Shown piece by piece: positions 48,294 to 60,707 of a DNA stretch of 64,000 nucleotides (positions are counted from its first letter, which is position 1; every line of letters starts with the position of its first letter). Made by a program: the position numbers and the translations under genes. The notes under the pieces are model-generated. The model searched no databases, was not told the DNA's origin, and saw nothing but the letters and a program-made list of their open reading frames with translations. The stretch is taken from the NCBI GenBank assembly GCA_965603825.1, contig CBFDEM010000018.1:620001-684000 (forward strand). The letters are read 5' to 3'. The DNA comes from Blepharisma stoltei ATCC 30299. Lineage: Eukaryota; Protista; Ciliophora.

Positions 48294-50117
48294 TTATGGA
48301 TCCTTAACCTCTTCCATCACAATCGTAGCCTCATTCCCTGTCGGAGCTTTTTTCAAATTCTCCACAATAAGTTTTACTCTATTGATTTCATGTGTCAGTG
48401 AATTATTTGTATAAATCTGCAATGCCTCTTCAAATTTCCCTTCTCCTTCAAAAAACATAGCTTTTGCATACTCATCTAAATTAATTTCCCAGAAATTTTT
48501 TTCGTCTAAATACCCCCCTTTTCCTAAAGCGTCGTTAATATTGGTAAGATTCATGATTTCTTCATAGTCATTTAAAAGAAGTGCATAGTCAGCAGACGTC
48601 ATAACTCGGCCTGTTTTTTTGATGATTTCTTCAATTTCTTGTTTTGGGCTTACATATTCTTCGTCCATCATTTCCCTTTCATATTTTGCTAGTGTTGCTA
48701 TACCTTTAAAGCCTTTGAAGTCAGCTAAATAAGAAATATCATTAAGAAGCCTAATGCTACGCAATTTTCTGCCTAATAAAAAGGCTTGTTCGTAGTTTCC
48801 GATGCTTAGCAGCTGGTAGCCAAGCCTTATCATAATGTCTCTGCTCATAGAGTCTACTAATTTTGTATGGCAGGATTTGGTTCAGATATCTTCTAATACT
48901 TTTACATATTCAATATCTATGTGATTCATTGTATATTCGCATAAAGAAAAAAATCCTTCTTCAAAGTCTTTTTCGTTTGATAAGGTTTCAAGGCATTGGA
49001 CTGCTTCATTGAAATTTTGAGAATTTAAATGGATGCTGACGAGAGATATTTTTGTGTGGAGAAATGAACAGTAAGCTAAATTATGAGGAGTTGATAAAAT
49101 TATTGGGTCTTTTTCAGCATTAATCGAAGTAATTTTAGAAAATAATGTATCATTGTTCATTGGAAGATACCCAAGTTCTCTACTTGAAGAAATAATTTTT
49201 AGTTTATTTAGGCAGCAGTCTATAAGATGAATGCAATTTTCTTCATTAATCAAAATAATGATAGACCCGCATGCATGCCAGCGTAGCCTTATAAAATGTG
49301 ACAAAGAATCCACTTTAATCCCCGACGTTTTATTTCCTTTGAGGAGATACAAAAATTTTTCTTCTGTAATAAAGGCAAAATGGTCTTGATTATTAACATC
49401 TAAAGAAGCCAAATCTGACTCAAAACTCAAAATATGCAGCCGGCTTTCACTAATTTCTCTATTATCAATGATGCATTTTTTAAGAATATAATCTGCGTTA
49501 GTCTCTTGAGAAAATCGTATGTTTTCAGTGACTGGGTCTTTTGATTTGTCTATGTAATAAAATAAATTTGCATATCTTTTTGAAAAAAACACTGGGTTTT
49601 CGGAAGTAAAGGATTGGGAGGTAGGAGAAAAAGGCGCAAATGAAAGCAATTCATTTTTTTTATTAAATGCCATTACCTGTATGAATTGCTCAGAAATTGC
49701 TAAAACAATCCTTTGGTTTAAGTTGAACTCTAAAGTTGATAATGTGTTTGGAGCTTTTTGGATTGTCATGATTAATTCTCGTCCTTGTGCTGTGTGGATG
49801 TCTGCTCCTGTACTTCGTATATACATTAAGGTTTGGTTTTCCAGATAAAAAACACATGGAAAATCTTCAGTTAAAATAGCGCAGACGATTTCACATGTAA
49901 AAAACTGACTTCATGGATTTTCTATAATAAGCTTGGTTCGAGGATTAGCTGGGTTAAATCTAAGCAGCTTTCCTGATGAAAGTAATATTGTGATTCGTCC
50001 ATCTCTTTCAAATAGTGTGCCTACTATTTTGTTTCTGCGAATAGCTTCATAAATATCAACAAAATTTGGCGACTTGCTTAGTTTAACTACACTTAATCCT
50101 ATTGCAGAGTCTTCCAT
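48294..50117 (-). CDS. WDPCP: WDPCP/Fritz-like CPLANE ciliogenesis protein, 607 aa
   Basis: RWHACGSII..IHLIDCCLN resembles WHP.G...G.LQ.FD.AL. RLGYQLL..YEQAFLLG..LLNDISYLA..G..IA.LA resembles RFFHHLL..FEKAFLLA..LFMDIHYLA. Two TGA. Confidence 0.75.
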
Positions 50118-50246
50118 TGAATTTATTTGATTTTTAGTAAATATTAGGACTACCTTCTGCCTATTTTTTAAAAAATAAATGCTGCTTTATATTTACCCAA
50201 GCATCTAAAACACTTTGAAATAATAAAAATATTAAACATATAGAAA

Positions 50247-50825
50247 TTAACTTACTTTATCTTTGCAGTTTTCACAAAATCAGCTTGGATCTTCAATATT
50301 TGCCTTCACACAATCAGGGTGGAATAATTCCTGGCAATTATCGCAACTAATATACAAGACATCAGGGTTTATAATGGCGTTACAAACACAAGCTTTTTTT
50401 CATTCTGTAAGTGGAGGTATCACACAATCCTCTTTAGTGATATATTTTGCTCTGCAAAAATAAACATCTTCATCTGCTTCATCCAAGCTGTGATATTCTT
50501 CTAAGGTAACAAGCTTTATTTTCCCATAAACACATTGGACATTTATATCTTGGATAAGGTCAGAATCTATTAATTCTGCAGCTGAAATAAAATCATGATC
50601 TGCATGAAATGCTTCACTTGGCTTGTAAAATCATCTGATATTTAGCTGAGGCTCTAGTTTGGCTGAATCTTTAAATATTCGCTGGATTGTGGCAAAACAG
50701 TCTTCGTCACTGTATTCCTTGACTTGAACGACATCGCCTACACAGAAATCGATTCCATTAAGCTTGAGTTTTTTGAATTCTGATATAGTTTTGGATTGTT
50801 TTTTGGCAACGGGTTTTGCGTTCAT
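50247..50825 (-). CDS. BAH + PHD chromatin reader (EBS/SHL-like), 192 aa
   Basis: VGDVV, IR(TGA=W)FYKPSE, EL..SD and YFCRAKY form the BAH domain. The PHD reads CVC..NPD..YISCDNCQELFHPDC..(TGA=W)FCENC. TAA 50247-50249. Confidence 0.92.
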
Positions 50826-50964
50826 TATAATTAATTATAAAATTTTCAAAGCCCCAGAATTTTGAAAATTTTAAATAAAATTTTATTAAAGAAATTTTCT
50901 TTTAAAAAGGCAATTTTTCTTTAAAGAAGATCAAGTAAAAAATTATTTTAGTTCCTAAAGATTA

Positions 50965-52260
50965 TTAAAACTCAATATAACTATGTTTATCATTAAAATC
51001 ATCTACAAATCTTGATATTTCCCTTTGAAACCATGTTTCTATATTTACTTGTATAAATTCTTTCAAATTAACCTGATATTTCGGATTGCTTAATGTCACT
51101 TGATCACCTCCTCTTCTTTCCCTATAATTTTTATAGGCTGTCTCAATAATTTCATTGTCCTCAGGTGAGTAATCCCACCAATTTCCATCCTCATTTTTCC
51201 ATTTTCATGAAAGCCCACCTCCCATCTTTATGAATGGCTCACTGTTTGTCTCAAGTTTCCTTAATTGGGATTTTTTTAAGTCCAATAAATAATCCCCATC
51301 ATTTAGTGCCAAGACGATATATTCTTTATTTTCCTCATAAGCTGTTTCTATCATTTTACAATTAGATTGTGAGAATTCGTTGTAAATCCCTTGTTTATAG
51401 CAAGCCCATTTTGCTGAAGAGGGGTTTATTACTGGGGGTACCCTATTTGGTTGATTAATAGGCGGTGTGTATGGTTTGTAATATCCTAGCTGGCTTGCGG
51501 ATGATGGACCGTCATCAGGCGCTGTATTTAGACGATAAGTTGATGAAGATACTTGAGATTGCTGGCTAATTGGCTGGATATTGGGCTCTCTAATAGGCTG
51601 ATTAATATTGAAGGTATTAGGCTGCTTTGCAGGTTCATAAATTTGAGGCTGTCTTTCAGGGCTAGACTGATTAATAGGGAATTTAAAAGGCTGATTCGTA
51701 GGCTGGCTAAAAGGCTGATTCATAGGCTGGCTTTTAGAGATATTAAAAGGCTGGCTAATTTGCTGACTAGGCTGAATAGCAGGCTTGCTTACCATCCCAA
51801 TTTGTTTAGGGGCTGGGATAAATTGAGCAGGTGTATTTAAAGGAATCGCACCTGGAACTTGTCTCGAATTTCCCAACATCTGAGGTCTATAGCTTTGGTT
51901 GAAACCATTTGAAATATAAATAGAGCTGGACTCAGAAGATTTCGAGCTTTCTATAGAACTCTCTGGATATTCGTTAAACCTTTCTACTTGGCGTGGCTGG
52001 TTATTTATAAAAATAGGTACTTGAGCTTGCTGAAACTGCTGACCTTGAAGCTGCATACTTTGGCCAGAAAAATTAGGCTGTGAAGGATTTACAGGCATTC
52101 CCCCAGACATAGGAATATGTTTAGGTGCATTATATGAATTATTCTGCTCATAACTAAATATAGGAGGAGGTGCCGGCTTAGGGGGAATGATAGGTTTTAC
52201 CGGGTTCATTCAGGCTTGGTTTTGTTGATTGTTGAAAGCTTGTAGCTGCTGACTACTCAT
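50965..52260 (-). CDS. Pro/Gln-rich protein with two C-terminal WWE domains, 431 aa
   Basis: KWACY..YNEFS..MIETAY..YLLDL and (TGA=W)KWKNEDGNWWDYS..IIETAY..YQVNL..Q..R.I.R. ATG 52260, TAA 50965-50967. Confidence 0.85.
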
Positions 52261-52299
52261 CTACAAAAATTATTTCTATTATTCTAATTATTTTGATTT

Positions 52300-52923
52300 T
52301 TAAATATCCTTAGGCAAATTTTCAGGGTCAATATTCTGTACCAGCGGCAATAAATTCGTCAGTTGTTGTAAAGCGACTGAATGGTGGAACATTTCTGCGT
52401 TCATTAGATGCAGTAAAACTTGTTTAATGTCATTTACATGCCTGTTTTCGAACTCTTTAATGTTTCTTTGTGTTTCTTCATTCATCATTTTGAGCTCTTT
52501 TTCATTTTCTTCGTTTTCTTTATTGATTTCTTCAGAATTCACAGTTTTTTGTAGGGATTTGGACCTTTCTTGGGCCGTTTTTTCGCGGTTTTCGCGCCTG
52601 GATAGAGATCTTTTTTGCTGCTTTATTTTTAGGGAGGCAATTCTTAAGGCGTCTTGGATATAGTCTTTGAGAATTCCGAGGCTTTCAGTGTGCGCGCTTT
52701 CTTTGGCTTTTAAAGAGTTTGAGTAGCCTAAAAATACATTGGCAAGGTCATTGTGGCGTTCAAGTTCGGCAACTTCTTGTCATTTTTGTTGGAATTCGAG
52801 ATGGTTTTCAAGGCTTTCTTCTTCGCTTTTGATGAGTTTTTTGAAAATTGAGTGTAGAGATGCGTATTCGTTGGAAATTTGGTCAAGCTTGTCTTTGTAA
52901 ACTCTCCCTCTTTCTTGGTTCAT
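52300..52923 (-). CDS. BAR-domain protein, FAM92/CIBAR-like, 207 aa
   Basis: Helical coiled coil. FENRHVNDIKQVL..AEMFHH..ALQ..VQNID resembles FAM92 'FE..K..DIK....IEM.FH..ALE...IQNID'. One TGA. Confidence 0.65.
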
Positions 52924-53022
52924 ATTTGAATTAGAATTAAAATTAAGTTGAAATTACTATGAAGGTTAGAAAATTTTGTTTTTTATTTGCTTAGGATTAT
53001 TTTTCTAAGAAAATTATTTATT

Positions 53023-54219
53023 TTATTTGCTACTAGCGACATCTACGCCAATATTTTTTAGTTCATTTATTAAATAAGCTTCTATGTCATCCGCAAAACA
53101 TGGAACACGAATCACTTTATATCCTTTTGCACTCATTAAATCAGTTTTGTATACTGCTTTTCCCCTAAGTAGTTTGAAGCTGCTATCATTATATTTTCTA
53201 ATAAAATGTCTAGGCCCATCTATTTCAATTGCAATGTTTGGCTCAAGAAAATAATCTGCAATATAATAATTACTAATTATTTTGTCGAATTCATATTTCA
53301 GTGAGTATTTTTTAAATATCTCTTTTATACTTATCTCCAACGGAGACACTAAATTCTGTGTTTTTAAATTTTTTGGATCATAATGGCATTTGGCCGTAAT
53401 TTTTCTTAAAAATTCTACATATTTTCCCATGTTTTCTGGCGCAAAAGTTTGATGGGCATCAATTATTTGGAATATAGACATATCAGTATATATTCTCCAA
53501 GGAGTATAATCATGATGACATTTAGGGTAAACATAAGCTAGCATTTTAAAGTTATTTGTTCATAAATCTGTATCCTGTAAATGCTTTAAAAAGACAAGAG
53601 ATTTTGTAAGTCCTATTAAAGAGTTCATAGCTGACTCCTTTTCAAGATCATGTTGAGAAAAATTCTTTTTGGTAAGCATCACTTTTCTAAATCTATCGGG
53701 GTTTTTATGCTCAGGATTTTCTAAGAGTCTAAAATTTGCATAAAAATTGACAATTACTGAGTATTCAGCTAAGCTAAATTGTTCGCTGTTATTAATAATT
53801 ACTTCTTCAAGCTTTGAAATATATGAAAATGAAGGGATGATGCAATATCTCCCAAAAATTTTAAAAGCATTTTGCACTAATTTTCATGACAATTTGTCTG
53901 GTGGCATTTTTACAATTTTTTCTTCTAATAAGGCGTAAAATTGAGGAGACATCGAAGTTTTTTTATTATACGTAAGATTTTGTAGGTAATACGAAAAAGC
54001 AGCACCTGAATAAGCGTTTAAGTACTTTGGACTCTCAAGGACTTGAAATACGTCTTTATTCCTGCTAAAATTTGTGCAAGCTAGCCTTATTAATTCCATC
54101 CCTTCATTTGGATATTTCTTCAGCTTGTCAAATTGGGCTTCATTTAAAATTTCCACTGCTTGTGATGGATCTGTTACGTTTTTAAAGGCTTGGATAAGTT
54201 TTCCAAGGCTTTTAGCCAT
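53023..54219 (-). CDS. RAP-domain (FASTK-like) RNA-binding protein, 398 aa
   Basis: Helical N-terminus, then YIADYF..IAIEIDGPRHF..K..L...GYKVIRVP. TGA at 53884 and 53560 join three ORFs. Confidence 0.85.
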
Positions 54220-54325
54220 TTTTACAATGTTAATCAGCGATTATGAGAAATATAATTAAATAGATTATTTTAAACTATTTACTAGTAATAATAAGATATT
54301 TGCCTATGATAGACCGAGTCAAGAA

Positions 54326-54769
54326 TTAAAAATTGTTTACATAAGGTTTTCTTAGTCTTGGTCTTTTGAATATAATTTCACTCACAAAAGGATTTTTTCT
54401 TTTCAATTTTTCATTGCCTGATGAATTATTCATCAAAATTGCATCTAAAAAATTATGCTTTAGAGCCTTGTTTTCATTTTTAAGAATTTTTAACTCATTT
54501 CTACAAGCTTCTAGCTCATTTGTAAGTGTATCATTGGATCTAAAAGCACCTGATAAGTGAAAATTCGCAAGAGAGACTAGTGAGCTATACTCTTGCTCCA
54601 ACACGCTTATTTTATTTTGCAAATTTATATTGACAAAATCACAGTAAACTAGCTCATCTTCTAGTTCTTTTTGATAATCCTCAGTGATTTTCTTATAATC
54701 CATAAATTCTTGCTTTAAATTCTCAAGTTCTTGCTCGTTATCACTTGTAAAAAATCTTTTGAAGCTCAT
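54326..54769 (-). CDS. Coiled-coil protein (weakly NudE-like), 147 aa
   Basis: LKQEFMDYKKITEDYQKELEDEL resembles the NudE N-terminal coil. ATG..TAA ORF. Confidence 0.6.
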   Translation of the reverse strand: MSFKRFFTSDNEQELENLKQEFMDYKKITEDYQKELEDELVYCDFVNINLQNKISVLEQEYSSLVSLANFHLSGAFRSNDTLTNELEACRNELKILKNENKALKHNFLDAILMNNSSGNEKLKRKNPFVSEIIFKRPRLRKPYVNNF

Positions 54770-56292
54770 ATTTATTTTATTATTATATTTTTAGCGTTAT
54801 AGAAAGATAAAATACCTCTAAATCTGGATTTCATAGGCATTTGTAAGCTTGAGCTTTTTTTGAGATTTACTTTTTTAACTCTATTAATTAAACCCATGTT
54901 AATAGATTCTATTTTTTATTGAAAAAATTATTTGTTTTATTATCATTAAGCTCAATTAAAAGCTTGTTTAATTCTGCTCCTAGTCTAATATTTCTAAATA
55001 CCTTTAGAGAGTTAAATGCTATAAATCTATGCCATTCTTCATTTTTCAATAGCAGATATTATCATAAGCAGTAAAGATAATAACTTGAATTTCTGATTTT
55101 ATTAATCGCTTTTGATTAATGTAACTATGAATTTCATTATTCATGGATTCGTTTAGGAAAACAGCTAAAAAAATTGTAGAAATTAATATTTTCAATATCT
55201 TTGGCCAAAATTCGCTTAGATTTATCTTTATTGATTAGATTATTAGGATATAATGATTTGCCCTCCTACAATCAAATAGCTAAAATTAGGCAGCTCAGAC
55301 ATCTTAATTCTTTAACTTTGTATTTTTTAGTATACAAATTTTACAAGCAAAAATGGCCTCTAATATTTCTCTCCCAATCCTTAATACTTTGAGCCAAGGC
55401 CATTTCAGTTGACTTTTGAAAATTATTCCTTAGTTAGGAAAGATTTTAGTTAAGAAAACTAGTAAAACTTGCAATTTTGCAAGAAGTTATTTATATTATA
55501 TGACACATATGTTGGCTTCTGCATTGCTAATATTGGTCTTACTTTTACCTCATTCTAGAATCATATAAAATAGGTCTTTAAAGGATGCTAAAATGCTTTG
55601 GAATCACTGCTTAGAATCCATAAAGAGGCACTATTGATGTTTTGCTATTTCTATGATATGCGAAAAACACAAAGTTTTACACTCATTTCAATAAATTAAA
55701 TTTTGTTAGTGGCCTTATATTTTTTCTACAGCGATTTAAGATTTCATTCACGATGCCCTTTATGGTAATTTTTCTTAAAAAAGGGAATCAATAACTGTTT
55801 CAGATATTCCCTACAGATTTTTGCGAATAATATGTCTGAAATATAATATCAATTATTCAAATATTCAATTATTTTGGCTAATTTTATTTTCTTTACTCTT
55901 AAATTTTATTAAGTGGTCATTGAGATAAAAATTAGCAGCAAAATTACTATCTAGTAAGCCAATAATTATCATTCTGCATTCCTTTTCCTCAGAGCAAAAT
56001 TATCACACTGGTCACCATATGCAGCATTTTCATTATTGGTGGGAAAAATTAGTCCATTTTTATAAATAATTCAGCAATCTTTGCAGGATACTTTTATTAT
56101 TTCTGATCAACTATGCCTATCCCATTCTAGAATCTTAAATGAGGCGAAGTAATTCCTCAAATCCAAAAATAATTCTAAAAATTCCAAAAAAATGACTGAT
56201 CTCCTTGCTGAATTGTTTCCTCTTTGCTTTTAAACAAAATCGAGTTATTTTATTGTCTAATTATCTGATTAAGCTAGTTATAGAACTTTGTT

Positions 56293-56622
56293 CTAGTTTC
56301 CACACGACTCATGCTGTTCCATATGCAATTGCATTTCTTGGTTACCTTCATGATGCTCGTCGCAAATAGGACAGAATTGCCTATTCGGCGTGTGGCGCAG
56401 ATTATGCTTCTCCAAATCAATTGGATTATTGAAATTTAGGCTGCAAAATATGCATGCATAAATTTTCTTCGGGCTTACTATTATTGGCTGTCTTACGAAA
56501 TAGTAATCAGTTTCTTCCATTAAAAGATCTTGGCTATTCTGTCTTAGTCCGTCTCCTTGGACATCTATGACAGTTTCCTTTATCTCTATCTTTCCGTCAC
56601 AAAAACACCATAGACTTGACAT
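56293..56622 (-). CDS. Small two-finger C2H2 zinc-finger protein, 109 aa
   Basis: YACIFC..F..LEKHNLRH and FCPIC..MQLHMEQH. ATG 56622, TAG stop. Confidence 0.8.
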   Translation of the reverse strand: MSSLWCFCDGKIEIKETVIDVQGDGLRQNSQDLLMEETDYYFVRQPIIVSPKKIYACIFCSLNFNNPIDLEKHNLRHTPNRQFCPICDEHHEGNQEMQLHMEQHESCGN

Positions 56623-56685
56623 ATTTTGTAATGCAAGAGGGAATCTCACATTTATTTGTCATATTGTTCACCTAAATAATTCAAA

Positions 56686-59600
56686 ATGTCAAGCTCTTTA
56701 ACCAAGCTAAATGAGGTAGAAATTCCTTCGCTGATGAGGCACCTTGATAAATTCACTGCATTCTTTAGTCGGCCTGCAATTACGCAAAGGACGTCGATTG
56801 CAGGATCAGAAGAGTTCGTAGAAGAGCTTATTACCGAAATCACAGACTGCTATAAAAAAGCTAGAGAATGCATAAACGTGGCGTTCAAAATCCACCAAAT
56901 TTATGAAAAAACAAATGAAAAACTGCGAAAAATTTCATATAAAAACGAAGCATTAAAGAATCAAGTGGAAGAAATGAAAGCTCACATCCAAGACCAAGCT
57001 AATGAGTATATAGTCAAAGAAAAAAGGCTCGAGAGCTTATCCCATGATTTATATGATACAGAACAAGGATTTAAAGCTATGCTGAGCGAAAACAAACAGC
57101 TAAAAAGAGATTTAGCTATGCTTAAAAAAGAGATATCACTGAGAGAAGAAGGGACAAGAGCTAGAGCATCAAGCCAAGAAGTAAAAAGGCCTCCGCCTGA
57201 TTTAAAGCAAGAACAAATAAATGCCTTACAAGCAGAGCTTAAAAAACAAATAGAAGAAGGCGAAGGGCTAGTTTTTCAAATAAAGGATCTCGAGAATTTA
57301 TTGAAGATTGAAAAAGCAAACTCAGAAAGGCTGAAAATTTCTAATGGAGCGTTAAGAAAAGAATTAGATGACACAAATGAAGAAGTTGAATATCTACAGA
57401 ACGAAAAATCAGAGTTGATAGAGCAATCTGAGGTTTATAAAAGTGAAATTATTCAGCTAAGAATGATGATCGAAAATCTCAAAAGGATCCAGGAAAGAGA
57501 TAGAATGAGAGCTACATTTACATCAGAGGCTGGATTCAGCAATCATGCAGAAGATGAGGAGTCACCATCAGCTACTCAAGATGCCATGCAAGACCAAAGC
57601 CCAAATCCATATAAAATAACCACAAATTTTAATGAAAGCGACAGCCCAAGAGGTTTACTTGAGCGAAAAATTAATCAATGAAGAAAAACAATGACTGAGA
57701 ACCTTGGAGAAATTTTTGAAGTAGAAGAGGAACTTGTTGACGAAAAACAATTGTTTGTACTCAGTTCGTCAAATTCTGTATATGGACAATTTCAAAGCTT
57801 TGTAGATTCTGTTAAAGATAGGCCAAATTTGTCTGAAGAAACCCTTGAATCTATAAAAATTGAGGGAAAAGTTAAAAGAAAAAGCGAAATTTCTAAAATT
57901 TTTGAGCTGGAAATTAATAAAAAACAGCAAAAATTGAGGATTGTAGAATTGGAAGTTGAGAAAACTTGTAATGTGAAGATTTTGCCTTTTAAGGATTTTT
58001 CTAGATTAAGAATAGAAAAGCAAAATGATGCTTTTATTTTGAAAAATATCATAGAACTCTCTATAGAGAATTCGCCAATTGTAGCAGTATCGGAAGATAG
58101 AAAAAAAGAATTTTCCATTAAAAAAATAGGAATTATTGAAATTCTAAAGCAGGAGGAAAAACTTGAATTAGAAAATTTGCCGATTGCAGCTGTTATCGAC
58201 CACCGTAAAGAAACATTCTTAATTAAAAGCATAGAAAGCATTGAAATAAAAAAGCAAAAGATAGATCTTGAGATAGAAATTTTGCCGATTGTAGTTCTTA
58301 TGGAATCTAGAAAAAAGGAATTCTCAATTAAAAGCGTAGAAAATATTGAAATACCAAAACAAGAGGTTGAGCTCTCTGCCGAGAATTTGCCTATTGTAAC
58401 TCTTATAGAATCTAGAAAAAAGGAATTCTCAATTACAAACGTAGAAAATATTGAAATTCCAAAGCAAGGGATTGAGCTCTCTGCCGAAAATTTGCCAATT
58501 ATAACAATTATCGAACATAGAAAAAAGGAATTCTCAATTAAAAGCATAGAAAATATTGAAATATCAAAGCAGGGGGTTGAGCTCTCTGCAGAGAATTTGC
58601 CAATTATAACAATTATCAAACATAGAAAAAAGGAATTCTCAATTAAAAGCATAGAAAATATTGAAATACCAAAGCAGGGGGTTGAGCTCTCTGTCGAGAA
58701 TTTGCCAATTATAGCAATTATCAAACATAGCAAAAAGGAACTCTCAATTAAAAGCATAGAAAATATTGAAATAAAAAAGAAAGAAGCAGGGCTCTTTACT
58801 GAAATTTTGCCTGCTATAGAAATAATAGAGCTTCAAAAAAATGAATTTTTTATTCAATCCATAGAAGCCATTCATATAAAAGCACAAGATCTCGAACTCT
58901 CTAAAGAAAATTTGTCTAATATAGCACTCGAGCCTAAAAAAAAGGAAGTATTAATTCAAATTGCAGATATTATTGAAATTAGGAAGCATGAGATCGAGCT
59001 TAAAATAGAAAATTCACCAACCTTGACAACAATCGAGCATAGAAAAAACGATTTTTTGATTGAAAGTATGGAAACTATGGAAATACAAAAGCAAAAAAGA
59101 GTACTAGAAATAGAAAACGTGCCTGAAGTTTTTATTAAAGACACAATTTGCAATCTTTCGATTCAAGAAATACCATTGATTGCTATTAAAGAAGAAAAAA
59201 ATCACCTTTCTATTGGCAGTGTTCCTACTATATTTATTAATAAATCACAAATAGAAAATAAGATTGAAGAGCAGTCTTCAATATCTATTGATTCAAAAGA
59301 AAAAGAATATCTTTTATTTGAGGATATTTGCAAAATAAGTATAGAAGACAGTAGCAAAGCCAGCTTTTCTATTGAAAATATGCCCTTAATAAATATCCAA
59401 GATATTTCAATAAGTATTACAGGTCAAAAGCCCCAAATCTCAAATTCTCTTAGAAACTCTATAGGAGCTTCAACACTGGATAGCTCGATTTTCTTTTCTA
59501 ACGAATCGCATGAAATATCTATAGAAAGCACACCCATCCTGAGTCTAAAAAATCCAGCTAAAATTTTTACATTTGAAGTTAAAAATCAAAATCAAATAAC

Positions 59601-60363
59601 CGTCGTCTCTCGAAAATCAGTAGAAATGCTAATAGAAACAACTCCAATATTAAGGCTTGAATCTCAATCAACAGGACATTCCAGTCCTTCTCTCGAAATA
59701 CATACCCAGGATGAAAGCATTTTTATTCAGTCTCCTAAAGCGCAAAACCTTATTTTGGAATCCATCCCTATTATAAAATTTGGGTGTGAAGACAAAAAAT
59801 ACACTCATACTTTTGCAATAGATTCTCAAATAGATAAAGATTTATCAGTAGAAATAGCGTCCACAGTTAAAAATGATGGAGAAAAATTTTCACAAAAAAA
59901 AATAGCTGAGAATGAAAAAGAACCAGAAATTTTGACACAAGAAAATGTTTCAATAAAACAGAAGAAATTGGGTAAAAAAGGTGAAAAAAATGCAAGCTCG
60001 AAACCAAAAATTTCTCAAACATTTGCGTCTGCAGGACACAAATCTGAGACCTTTGAGCTTGAATTTTTAAAATCTTTAAAATCGCCTGGAATAGAAAATT
60101 TGCCGCAAAAGAAAAGTAAAAAAAATCGTCATACAAATAGAGTAATTTTCACAAAAGATCCAATTAAACAATTTTTTATTTTGGTAAAAATTATTTAGAC
60201 ATGTGAGGCAGCTAAGCTGAATAGCGAAAAGCGAGACTATATCGGACAAATCCCATTTGATATATTATATAATAAAGTCTTTGAAGAGCACATCCCGTTT
60301 AACAGCTGGCATGACTACATACAAAAATTCTTACACAGTAAGACAAGTGCTATAAATGTTTAA
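56686..60363 (+). CDS. Large coiled-coil and tandem-repeat protein with a compact C-terminal domain, 1220 aa
   Basis: TGA 57679 joins the two ORFs. Intron 60184-60198 adds KDPIKQFFIL^TCEAAKLNS..LYNK..IPFNSWHDYI. TAA 60361-60363. Confidence 0.85.
58060..59120 (+). repeat. Coding tandem array of 105-bp (35-aa) units
   Basis: aaaaaaggaa(t/c)tctcaatt recurs at 58311, 58416, 58521, 58626 and 58731, with more degenerate copies on both flanks. Confidence 0.95.
60184..60198 (+). other. 15-nt intron (gtaaaaattatttag)
   Basis: GT-AG, A at -6, in-frame TAG. The downstream exon is open for 54 codons. Confidence 0.9.
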
Positions 60364-60707
60364 TTTATAGCTTAATAGATAGCAAGCCTAAAAATAACTT
60401 AATGGATTATGAAATAATTTTGTTTATAGAATTTAATTATAATTGAAAATTCAAGATCATTAGTAATTATTGAGAATATTATTTAAAAGCAATTATATAT
60501 TTAAATTCTGGTATACATTATTAAACTAGAATTACTTAATAGGTCTTCTATGAAGCCTTCACTTGAGAATTTTCAATTTTATATGATAAATAAAATTTAA
60601 AAAGATTTATCATTAAAATCGATCAAGGGAAATTGAAATTAAATAATATTTCTATCCTAAATCTAAGGCTAATAATCCTCCATATTTAATTTTATTCTGA
60701 TAATTAA

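Noticed and set aside
50241-50255. Intron at the end of the BAH-PHD gene (gtaagttaatttcta)
   Set aside because: No AG at position 15 or 16, and the protein is already complete at the TAA.
48294-52923. Ciliogenesis gene cluster (WDPCP and FAM92-like)
   Set aside because: Unrelated genes intervene and ciliary genes are common in ciliates, so there is no evidence of functional clustering.
55201-55392. ORF-track ORFs in AT-rich gaps (also 20121, 20957, 26461)
   Set aside because: Non-ATG or weak starts with low-complexity translations, or overlap with better-supported gene models.
57792-58757. 321-aa minus-strand ORF
   Set aside because: Antisense shadow of the repeat array. The same applies to 8318, 16731, 24234, 35840, 41228, 45162 and other ORFs opposite recognised genes.
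58060-59120. Regularly spaced repeats as a CRISPR array
   Set aside because: The units are contiguous, in-frame coding repeats with no unique spacers, in a eukaryotic gene.
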